DNA of 64,000 nucleotides. Source: Sedimentisphaerales bacterium. Its GTDB lineage: Bacteria; Planctomycetota; Phycisphaerae; Sedimentisphaerales; SM23-30. Under the pieces are notes generated by a model that searched no databases, had not been told where the DNA came from, and saw nothing but the letters and a program-made list of their open reading frames with translations. The translations under genes and the position numbers were made by a program. The stretch spans positions 128,001 to 192,000 of the forward strand of contig CAXXMR010000012.1 in assembly GCA_963663805.2 (NCBI GenBank), given 5' to 3'. This document shows, one piece after another, positions 47,984 through 56,284 of the stretch; the first letter of the stretch is position 1; the number at the start of each line of letters is the position of its first letter.

Positions 47984-49173
47984 TATACTGGTTCAGAAAA
48001 CGCAAACTGCTCAAAAAATGGCGCAAGAAGCGTAAACATAAACAAACCATCCGCCTGCATATTTCCGATGTTCTGGGCTTCCTGAAAAAGATCGAGCAGC
48101 ACAATATCCGCTACCTCATTCTCCGCTGGTTCGAGGAAGTCCCTCCAGACCTCCAGGCCGAGCAAAGCACCACCGAAGATGCCGACCTGCTCATCGACAT
48201 GGATGACTCCCTCGACATCATCGCCGAGCTCGCCGCCCGCCAGCCCGGCCAATTCTGCTGCGACCTCTACAGCCCCACCGGACGACGCGGCGGCTCCTAC
48301 CTCGGCTCGCCCTATTACCCCCCCATCATCGCCGAACAAATCCTCAACAGCCGCATCCGCCACCCCCGCGGCTTCTACATCCCCGACCCCGAAACATATT
48401 TCCATTCATTAGCCTATCATCTCGTCTATCACAAAGGCCTCAAAAGTGGCATCGAATCCGGCTGCCCCCATAAATCCATCACCAACCCCAAACGTAACTA
48501 CGCCTCTCTGCTCCAGGAGATAGCTTCTCAGGCCAATATCCCCCTGCCCGAAAAACTAACCCTGCTCAGCCTCCACGAAATGCTCAACGAAAAACTCTGG
48601 GCCATGCCCTACGACCTCATCGAACGCTGGCCCGTGAAAAGCCCCTGGCACGAGTTCCTGCTGCAATACGAACAGGACAAACTCGCCCCTGCCGCCGAGC
48701 AACTGCCCGAACTCATCATCTTTTTCGTGAGAGACTCACTCATCTCCCACGGCGAAGAAAAACTCATCTACGAAATGCTCCGGGAGAAGTTCCGCATCCT
48801 CATGCTCCACGAGCTGACCGCCCCGCAAGTCAATTCGGTAATCCGCCAAACCCGCGGCGGCAACTGGCTGCTCTACAAAAGCACCAAAATGGACAACCCC
48901 GTCAAGGTCGTATTCTGCTACGACGACAACCCCGTCCCCATCGACGAAAACGACCACGAACGCCGCCGCCTCTACCCGCTGGTCACCAACGAAAACGTAT
49001 TCCACAAACACACCATCCGCAAACACATCACCGAAAAGCTCGGCCTCGACAAAATGGCCTACGGCATACACAGCAGCGACAACAAATACGGAGCAATCCA
49101 CATGCTCCAGGCAGTCTTCGGCCCCCAATGGGCCCAAATCCACCAACAGTTAATCGAAAAAGCCCGCCGCTAA
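47980..49173 (+). CDS. Hypothetical protein; putative nucleotidyltransferase-like N-domain plus NDK-like C-domain
   Basis: ATGA overlap with the kinase gene; YLILR...EDADLLID; C-terminal IHSSDN. Confidence 0.7.
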   Translation: MIYWFRKRKLLKKWRKKRKHKQTIRLHISDVLGFLKKIEQHNIRYLILRWFEEVPPDLQAEQSTTEDADLLIDMDDSLDIIAELAARQPGQFCCDLYSPTGRRGGSYLGSPYYPPIIAEQILNSRIRHPRGFYIPDPETYFHSLAYHLVYHKGLKSGIESGCPHKSITNPKRNYASLLQEIASQANIPLPEKLTLLSLHEMLNEKLWAMPYDLIERWPVKSPWHEFLLQYEQDKLAPAAEQLPELIIFFVRDSLISHGEEKLIYEMLREKFRILMLHELTAPQVNSVIRQTRGGNWLLYKSTKMDNPVKVVFCYDDNPVPIDENDHERRRLYPLVTNENVFHKHTIRKHITEKLGLDKMAYGIHSSDNKYGAIHMLQAVFGPQWAQIHQQLIEKARR

Positions 49174-49215
49174 GCCGCACCGAAACTTTGCCAATCGACA
49201 TGGCAACTATTTACC

Positions 49216-49272
49216 AGAGCCGCATACGGAAGCAAGCGGTGCCGTTAAAAATCCGTGTAATCCGCGGTCAAA
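49216..49272 (+). repeat. REP-like hairpin plus repeat family C (AATCCGTGT/AATCCGCGG nonamers)
   Basis: TGCCGTTAAAAATCCGTGTAATCCGCGG matches the reverse complement of part of 56204-56260. Confidence 0.7.
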
Positions 49273-49280
49273 TAAAACTT

Positions 49281-51146
49281 TTATTCCACACGCCGCGAAT
49301 GACGTTTCCGGTCCACTTCCTTCAGATACCGTTTGCGAATCCGAATAGCCTGCGGCGTAATTTCCACCAGCTCATCATCCTGGATATATTCCAGGCATTC
49401 TTCCAAAGACATAATCCGTGCCGGACGAACCCGCGAAGCGTCGTCCTTGCCCGCGGCGCGGACATTACTCATCTGTTTTGCCTTGACGACATTAACGGTA
49501 ATATCCTTGTCTTTGCAGTGTTCGCCCACAACCTGGCCTTCGTAGACATCCTGACCCGGCTTGACAAAGAACATGCCGCGGTCATAGAGGGCATCCAGGG
49601 CATAAGACGTAACCTGCCCAGTTTGCGTCGCGATCATCACGCCGGCCTGACGCTGCGGAATACTGCCCCGCATCGGACCATAACTTTCAAAGGTATGGTG
49701 CATTATCGCCCGCCCCTGGGTAGCGTTGAGCATTCGCGCGTGCAAACCAAAAAGACCACGGGCCGGAATCATGAATTCCATATGGATAAATTCGCTGGCA
49801 CCGGTTTTGGTGTCCATCTTCAGCATCTCGGTCCGCCGTTCGCCCAGCAGACTCATCACCGAATTCTGACAGTCCCGCGGACAATCCACCACCAGCAGCT
49901 CTATCGGCTCCTGCCGCCGCCCGTCAATCTCACGATAAATCACATTCGGCTTGCCCACACAAAGGTCATAATCCTCCCGTCGCATATTCTCCAGCAGAAT
50001 ACCGATATGCATCAAGCCGCGACCCGAAACCCGAAATTCCTCCGGAGTTGCACCCTGCTCCACCCGTAAAGCCACATTGTGCTGCAATTCTTTCTGTAAC
50101 CGTTCAAATATTTCCCGACTGGTAACCGAGCGTGTCCCGTTTTTGCCCGCGAACGGGCCATCGTTCACACGAAACGTCGTATGCATCGTCGGCTCATCAA
50201 CCGCGATAATCGGCAAAGCGCAGGGCTCGTCCGCACAGGCAATTGTATTGCCTATGTCAACCGGGTCCAGCCCCGAAATCGCACAAATATCACCCGCCTG
50301 AACCGAGGCCGCACGTTTCTTGCCCAAACCCTCAAACTGGTGAATATGCAGAATCTTCTGCTGGGTATGTTTGCCTTGACGGTCAATCACCGTCACCGGC
50401 TGACCCTCGGCCAGCCTGCCCGCAAATACACGCCCAACAGCAATACGACCCACATAATCCGAATACTCCAGCGTCGTTACCAGCATCTGAGGCGGGGCGT
50501 CCAGTACGCCTTTGGGATGAGGGACATACTTAATAATCGCTTCAAAAATGGGACGCATATCTTTGTTGCCGTCATCCATAGCCTCACGAGCCCAGCCCTC
50601 TTTCGCCGATGCGAAAATTATCGGAAAATCCAGAGATTCGTCATTAGCGTTCAGTTGAACCAGCAAATCGAAAACTTCATCTACCACATCATCGGGCCGC
50701 GCGTCGGGCCGGTCCGCTTTGTTCACCACAATGATAGGACGCAAACCATGCTCCAAAGCCTTACCCAGCACAAAACGAGTCTGAGGCATGGGCCCTTCAA
50801 AAGCATCCGCCAGAAGAATTACCCCGTCAGCCATCTTCAATACCCGCTCGACCTCACCCCCAAAATCCGCGTGGCCCGGCGTGTCGATAATATTGATTTT
50901 ATATTCTTCACCCGTAGGCGTATGGTATGTCACCGAGCAGTTCTTGCTCAGAATCGTAATCCCCCGTTCCCGCTCCAAAGGATTTGAGTCCATTATCAGG
51001 CCATGCTGACCGCCCGCCAGCTTGTCCAGATCCTCATTCCGAAACATCCCCGACTGATATAGCAGCTGGTCAACCAGCGTTGTCTTGCCATGGTCAACGT
51101 GAGCGATTATCGCGACATTACGTATAGTTTCAATTTCTCTGGTCAT
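49281..51146 (-). CDS. typA: Translational GTPase TypA/BipA
   Basis: AHVDHGKTT, ERGITI, DTPGHADFGGEVER, NKAD, GRGLMH, DDELVEITP. Confidence 0.96.
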   Translation of the reverse strand: MTREIETIRNVAIIAHVDHGKTTLVDQLLYQSGMFRNEDLDKLAGGQHGLIMDSNPLERERGITILSKNCSVTYHTPTGEEYKINIIDTPGHADFGGEVERVLKMADGVILLADAFEGPMPQTRFVLGKALEHGLRPIIVVNKADRPDARPDDVVDEVFDLLVQLNANDESLDFPIIFASAKEGWAREAMDDGNKDMRPIFEAIIKYVPHPKGVLDAPPQMLVTTLEYSDYVGRIAVGRVFAGRLAEGQPVTVIDRQGKHTQQKILHIHQFEGLGKKRAASVQAGDICAISGLDPVDIGNTIACADEPCALPIIAVDEPTMHTTFRVNDGPFAGKNGTRSVTSREIFERLQKELQHNVALRVEQGATPEEFRVSGRGLMHIGILLENMRREDYDLCVGKPNVIYREIDGRRQEPIELLVVDCPRDCQNSVMSLLGERRTEMLKMDTKTGASEFIHMEFMIPARGLFGLHARMLNATQGRAIMHHTFESYGPMRGSIPQRQAGVMIATQTGQVTSYALDALYDRGMFFVKPGQDVYEGQVVGEHCKDKDITVNVVKAKQMSNVRAAGKDDASRVRPARIMSLEECLEYIQDDELVEITPQAIRIRKRYLKEVDRKRHSRRVE

Positions 51147-51322
51147 ATACCCGTTCTTAACCTTTCTATCTGTAAAGTAACGCGTCAGTCTATCACCACC
51201 CCCCAAATTGTCAAACTATAAATAACGTTGGTCCAGGGCAATCGCATGAAATTCAGCTTGAAGCTATGTTTAGATAAAAAAGCAAGGTAAGCCAAAATAC
51301 GCTTCAAAAAGACCCCAAACAA

Positions 51323-51364
51323 CAACAGAAGCCGAGCTGCGTAAGCAGCCGGATTGAACACCAA
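51323..51364 (+). repeat. REP-like repeat family A
   Basis: CAACAGAAGCCGAGCTGCGTAAGCAGCCGGATTGAACACCAA. Confidence 0.8.
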
Positions 51365-51405
51365 AACCCCTTTTTTGTGTCGTTGTTTGAAACCGGATGT
51401 TCGGG

Positions 51406-51490
51406 ATGAAGTCGATCATCGCCTATCATGCGAATCATTCGCGGGAAGGCTATCGGCGGTTGACTCATATGATGATGGACAATATCGTTG
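51406..51490 (+). pseudogene. Short IS transposase remnant (IS3/IS481-like, integrase-core type)
   Basis: Translates to MKSIIAYHANHSREGYRRLTHMMMDNIV, resembling the GYRRL segment before the DDE core (recalled similarity only). Confidence 0.45.
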
Positions 51491-52007
51491 GTCGGCGAAA
51501 CGGACGCAGGCTCTGCAAAGGTGCAACCTGCCAGGGATAGCCAGGCCAGGGCGACGAATTGTCGTGGGGGTGGCAGTTATACACCTGCCGCCCCAGGTGT
51601 GAGGCGTTCGGCAGACAATTCAGAGCCTTCTTATGCCTTTAAAAACCTCTTGCCGAAGGCAAGTTTAAGAGTTAATCGTGAAAGGCATTTGTCCAATTTA
51701 CGCTGAACCAATACACCAGAAAACGCACATTTCTTCGAAAAAATCACCCAAAATACGAAAAAATCGTCAAAAACCGGTCGTTCCAGGCACGATCGCGCTG
51801 GAAAATAGGCAGTATAGCGTTAAATATCCGCGATTATGCCACCATAAAATAAAGACTTACAGCAATTTCCTCTACGTAAAATAAGCACTTACCACCCCAA
51901 AACAACGCGATTCCGCTGCCGGAAATCGCCGCGTTATCGCCTCAATCTTAATCTGAACATACGTTTTTCAGTTGTTCATTGTTGGCATTCTGACTAAAAT
52001 GCCCACC

Positions 52008-53378
52008 ATGAAAACACCATTAATAATGAGCATATCGGGTGTCAGAGGCATCATCGGCGATTCGCTAAACCCTGACCAGGCAGTAAGTTTCGGACTTTCC
52101 TTCGGGACCTTCCTCAAGCAGACCCTCGGCCCGACCGCCCAGCCGCGTATCTGTATAGGCCGCGACAGTCGTCCTTCCGGCCCCATGATCTCCGCCGCCA
52201 TCTCCGCCGGCCTGATGGCCTGTGGATGCGCCCCCATCGAACTAGGAATTGTCACCACCCCCGGTGTCGCCCTCATGACCCGCCACTTGAAATGTAATGC
52301 CGGAATCGTCATTACCGCTTCACATAACCCTATTGAATACAACGGGATAAAGTTCTTACGCCATGACGGCATCGCCTTCCCCGCTGACCAGGTAAAGGCC
52401 TTACACAAGATTTATCATGAGAAATCTTACCAGGTTTCACCCTCCATCGGCTGTGCCACCGCTGAAAGTAATGACGAATCTCACGATGTTCATCTCGCTG
52501 CCGTACTCAAAATTTGTGATGCGCAACTTATTGCTGAAAAAAAGTTTAAGGTCGTTTTGGACAGCGTCAACGGGGCCGGCTGTATCGTTACGCCGCGATT
52601 GCTGGAGAAGCTCGGTTGTGAGCTGATTCACCTAAATGCCCAGCCCACAGGGATTTTCGCTCATACCCCCGAACCCACCGCCGAAAATCTAGCCGACTTA
52701 GGCCAAAGTATAACCCAGCATAATGCCCAGATTGGTTTCGCCCAGGACCCCGACGCCGACCGCCTGGCCCTGATCGATGAAAATGGTAAATATATCGGTG
52801 AAGAATATACCCTCGCTCTGGTCGCTAAGTATATATTTAGCAAACAGAAAGGTTCAGCCGCGGTGAATCTTTCCACCTCCCGTATGATAGATGATTTAGC
52901 TGCCGCCACCGGCAATACGGTGATTCGCACCCCGGTCGGGGAGGCCCACGTCGCAAATACAATGGTGGCAAACAATTGCATTATCGGTGGCGAAGGCAAC
53001 GGCGGTATCATTGACTTAAGGGTCGGCCCGGTCCGTGACAGTTTGGTAGGAATTGCCCTGGTGCTGCAATTGATGGCGGAAACCGGAAACACGCTGAGCG
53101 AGCTGGTAACGCAAATCCCTTCATACGCACTGGTTAAAACCAAATTCCCCTGCCCGGCAGACCAGGTTGCCCCAACCCTGGAAAAGGTAGTATCTCACTA
53201 TCAAAAAGCCAGCGACGACGCAAAAATCGACACCCGCGACGGAATCCGAGTCGATCTGCCCAACGCATGGCTCCAGCTCCGCGGCAGCAACACCGAACCC
53301 ATCATGAGAATCATGGCGGAATCGGCAGAACTCGCCCAGGCAGAAGAACTTATCAAACAAGTCCAGAGTTTGATCTGA
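52008..53378 (+). CDS. glmM: Phosphohexomutase, probably phosphoglucosamine mutase
   Basis: SISGVRG, GRDSR, ITASHNP (phospho-Ser), DPDADR, GGEGNGG, RGSNTEP. Confidence 0.8.
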   Translation: MKTPLIMSISGVRGIIGDSLNPDQAVSFGLSFGTFLKQTLGPTAQPRICIGRDSRPSGPMISAAISAGLMACGCAPIELGIVTTPGVALMTRHLKCNAGIVITASHNPIEYNGIKFLRHDGIAFPADQVKALHKIYHEKSYQVSPSIGCATAESNDESHDVHLAAVLKICDAQLIAEKKFKVVLDSVNGAGCIVTPRLLEKLGCELIHLNAQPTGIFAHTPEPTAENLADLGQSITQHNAQIGFAQDPDADRLALIDENGKYIGEEYTLALVAKYIFSKQKGSAAVNLSTSRMIDDLAAATGNTVIRTPVGEAHVANTMVANNCIIGGEGNGGIIDLRVGPVRDSLVGIALVLQLMAETGNTLSELVTQIPSYALVKTKFPCPADQVAPTLEKVVSHYQKASDDAKIDTRDGIRVDLPNAWLQLRGSNTEPIMRIMAESAELAQAEELIKQVQSLI

Positions 53379-53412
53379 GTTTCTGAATATTTGGCAGTCG
53401 ATAAGTGAAAAC

Positions 53413-53443
53413 CTGCCCACTTGGCATATAATCGAGTGGGCAG
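53413..53443. promoter_or_regulatory. Inverted repeat upstream of the dnaK promoter (activator site or terminator)
   Basis: CTGCCCACT-N13-AGTGGGCAG. Confidence 0.45.
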
Positions 53444-53505
53444 CTGCGGGGGAAATAGTCTCTAACTATCTATATATAATGGCGTTATCTTGTTGGCTGG
53501 CATTC

Positions 53506-53521
53506 TGGCACGCTGTTTGCA
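53506..53521 (+). promoter_or_regulatory. Sigma54 (-24/-12) promoter of dnaK
   Basis: TGGCACG-CTGT-TTGCA matches the TGGCACG-N4-TTGCW consensus. Confidence 0.8.
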
Positions 53522-53576
53522 TAATATAAAATTGCAAGAACGGATACTATAGGTTTAGATACAGGAGCAACCAGCA

Positions 53577-55493
53577 ATGGGTAAAATTATTGGCATAGAT
53601 TTAGGAACGACCAACTCGGTGGTAGCGGTTTTGGAAGGCAGTGCCCCCAAAGTGTTAATTAACGCTCAGGGTTCCCGCCTAACACCTTCGGTGGTCGGTT
53701 TTACGGATAAGGGTGAACGTCTGGTCGGCCAAGTGGCCCGCCATCAGCAGGTTACGAACCCGACGAATACGGTTTTCTCGATTAAGCGGTTCATGGGCCG
53801 TCGCCATAAAGAGGTGTCATCGGAAGAAAAGCTGGTGCCCTATAAGATTACGGGCGGGCCGGACGAACTGGTGAAGGTTGAGGTTCGGGGCAAGGAATAC
53901 ACTCCGCCAGAAGTCTCGGCGATTGTTTTGCGTGATTTGAAAAAGACCGCTGAGGATTATCTGGGCGAAACCGTCGACCGGGCAGTAATTACGGTTCCGG
54001 CGTATTTTAATGACGCCCAGCGTCAGGCCACCAAAGATGCCGGTAAAATCGCGGGTCTACAGGTGGACCGTATAATCAATGAACCGACGGCAGCAGCCTT
54101 GGCCTATGGTCTGGAAAAGCAGGCCAATGAAAAAATCGTGGTGTTCGATTTCGGCGGCGGTACTTTCGACATTTCCATTCTCGATATCGGCGATAATGTC
54201 GTCGAAGTGTTGAGTACCAATGGTGATACGCACCTGGGTGGCGATGACCTTGACGAGAAACTTATCAAGTACATTGCTGACGAGTTCAAAAAACAGGAAG
54301 GCATTGACCTGCGCAACGACCCGATGGCTTTGCAGCGTCTGAAAGAAGCGTCTGAAAAGGCCAAGTGTGAACTGAGTACTTCGGTTGAAGCTACTATCAA
54401 CCTGCCGTTTATTACGGCTGACCAGAGCGGGCCTAAGCATTTGCAGATAACGGTTAATCGCAGTACGTTTGAGCAGTTGATTGCTGATGAGTTGCAGCGT
54501 TTGCGTATTCCGTGTGAAAAAGCATTGGCGGATGCCAAGTTGAATCTTTCGGATATCGCGGAAGTTGTGCTGGTGGGTGGTTCGACGCGTATTCCGCGAG
54601 TTCAGCAGTTAGCCAAGGATATTTTTGGTCGGGAGCCCAACAAGAGCATCAATCCTGACGAGGTAGTGGCTTGTGGCGCGGCTATTCAGGGCGGGGTGCT
54701 TTCCGGCGACGCGAAAGATATGGATATTCTGCTGCTGGATGTTACGCCGTTGTCGCTGGGTGTCGAAACGCTGGGCGGGGTAATGACCAAGTTGATTGAG
54801 CGGAACACAACTATCCCAACTTCCAAGACAGAAGTTTTCAGCACAGCGGCTGACAGTCAGCCGACGGTTGATATTCATGTATTGCAGGGCGAGCGCGAGT
54901 TTGCCAAGGATAATCGTACTTTAGGTCGGTTCCAGCTTACCGGTATCGCACCGGCTCCACGCGGCATACCTCAAATTGAAGTTAGTTTTGATATTGACGC
55001 TGATGGTATAATTCATGTCAGCGCCAAAGACAAGGCCACTGACCAGAAGCAGTCGATCGAGATTAAAGGTTCTTCCGGTCTCGATGAAGCTGAGATAAAC
55101 AAGATGACCAAGGACGCCGAAGAACACGCCGAAGAAGACAAACGTCGTCGTGAGCTGATTGATTTGAAGAATCAGGCTGACCAGGCGGCTTATTCGGTGG
55201 AACAAACGCTCAAAGAGCATGGCGATAAGATTCCGGCTGAGGAACGCAGCAATGTGGAGTCGGCGGTGAATTCTTTGCGTGAAACCTGCAAGGGTGACGA
55301 TACCGAAGCTATCAAGCGTTCGATGGAAAATCTCTCGCAGACCAGCCAGACCATCGGCAAGATAATGTATGAGCAGGCGGCCAAACAGCAGGCAGCGGCA
55401 GGCGGTGGTCAGGCGGCAGGCGGTGAAGCACCCGCCCCGGAAGCCAAAAAAGACGACGACGTGATTGATGCGGAGTTTGAAGTTAAAGATTAG
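53577..55493 (+). CDS. dnaK: Molecular chaperone DnaK
   Basis: [37 protein letters not shown]-terminal DAEFE; AGGAG RBS. Confidence 0.98.
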   Translation: MGKIIGIDLGTTNSVVAVLEGSAPKVLINAQGSRLTPSVVGFTDKGERLVGQVARHQQVTNPTNTVFSIKRFMGRRHKEVSSEEKLVPYKITGGPDELVKVEVRGKEYTPPEVSAIVLRDLKKTAEDYLGETVDRAVITVPAYFNDAQRQATKDAGKIAGLQVDRIINEPTAAALAYGLEKQANEKIVVFDFGGGTFDISILDIGDNVVEVLSTNGDTHLGGDDLDEKLIKYIADEFKKQEGIDLRNDPMALQRLKEASEKAKCELSTSVEATINLPFITADQSGPKHLQITVNRSTFEQLIADELQRLRIPCEKALADAKLNLSDIAEVVLVGGSTRIPRVQQLAKDIFGREPNKSINPDEVVACGAAIQGGVLSGDAKDMDILLLDVTPLSLGVETLGGVMTKLIERNTTIPTSKTEVFSTAADSQPTVDIHVLQGEREFAKDNRTLGRFQLTGIAPAPRGIPQIEVSFDIDADGIIHVSAKDKATDQKQSIEIKGSSGLDEAEINKMTKDAEEHAEEDKRRRELIDLKNQADQAAYSVEQTLKEHGDKIPAEERSNVESAVNSLRETCKGDDTEAIKRSMENLSQTSQTIGKIMYEQAAKQQAAAGGGQAAGGEAPAPEAKKDDDVIDAEFEVKD

Positions 55494-55496
55494 ATA

Positions 55497-55800
55497 GCAG
55501 GCATGAGGCATGAGTGGTAACGGCTAGGTTTCGACCGGCGGTCGAGATTGTTTAATTTTTAACGTCAACGGTACTGCTTACTTACGAGCGTTTTGCTCAA
55601 ATGGTTGATGGTGGCATAAGTAGCGAAGACCAGCCCCTTGCTACGCAAGAAGTTGCCACCCGAATGGTGTTTTTACGTAAATAAGGGTTTGGATTTTCGA
55701 GCAGGACGCTTACGCGGCTCGGTTTTTGTTTGAGCAACAGGGGTTATGGGATTAATATAGCGGGTACCGGCCTGGAGCGTTTGAGGCTCCGGGCTGGTAC
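55497..55800 (-). repeat. Repeat mosaic between dnaK and rsfS
   Basis: Family B (55497-55546, -), GGTGGCA...TGCCACC hairpin (55610-55660), family A (55707-55730, -), long hairpin at 55764-55800. Confidence 0.7.
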
Positions 55801-55822
55801 TTTATTTTATTGGAGTTAAATC

Positions 55823-56206
55823 GTGAGTGAAAAAGAAAAAAAAGAGCGTCGTCCTCTGGATGTCAGTCGGGCGTTTGCCGTTGAGGTTGCTAGGCTGGCT
55901 GATGACCGGCATTTAACCAATATCGTAGTGCTGGAGTTGGCGGACACTTCGCCGGTAGCGCGGCATTTCGTTATTGCCACCGGTGCCAGTGACCAGCAGT
56001 TGCGTTCGGTGGCGAAGCAGATTGTGGACCTGGGCAAGGAACATGGTTTCCCCACTTTCGGTAACGCCGGCTTGCAGCAGGGCAAGTGGGCGGTGGTGGA
56101 TTTAGTGGATGTGGTGGTGCATCTGTTCGATGAGGAGTATCGGGAGTTTTATGACCTGGAATTGTTGTGGGGTGATGTGCCGCGGGTTGAATGGCAGCGG
56201 GATTGA
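55823..56206 (+). CDS. rsfS: Ribosome silencing factor RsfS
   Basis: FVIATGASDQQ, WAVVDLVDVVVHLF...REFYDLELLWGD. Confidence 0.93.
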   Translation: MSEKEKKERRPLDVSRAFAVEVARLADDRHLTNIVVLELADTSPVARHFVIATGASDQQLRSVAKQIVDLGKEHGFPTFGNAGLQQGKWAVVDLVDVVVHLFDEEYREFYDLELLWGDVPRVEWQRD

Positions 56207-56260
56207 CGGCAACGGATTTTTAGCCGCGGATTACACGGATTTCGCGGATTATTAACGGCA
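56204..56260 (-). repeat. Repeat family C (nonamer tandem repeat)
   Basis: CCGCGGATT-ACACGGATT-TCGCGGATT flanked by GACGGCAACGG and AACGGCA. Confidence 0.7.
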
Positions 56261-56284
56261 ACAGCGAAATTTTTGGGTTGAAAT

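Noticed and set aside
49128..50987. 313-aa and 268-aa + strand ORFs
   Set aside because: Antisense shadows of typA.
53380..53576. CIRCE element upstream of dnaK
   Set aside because: No TTAGCACTC-N9-GAGTGCTAA; the inverted repeat present has a different sequence.
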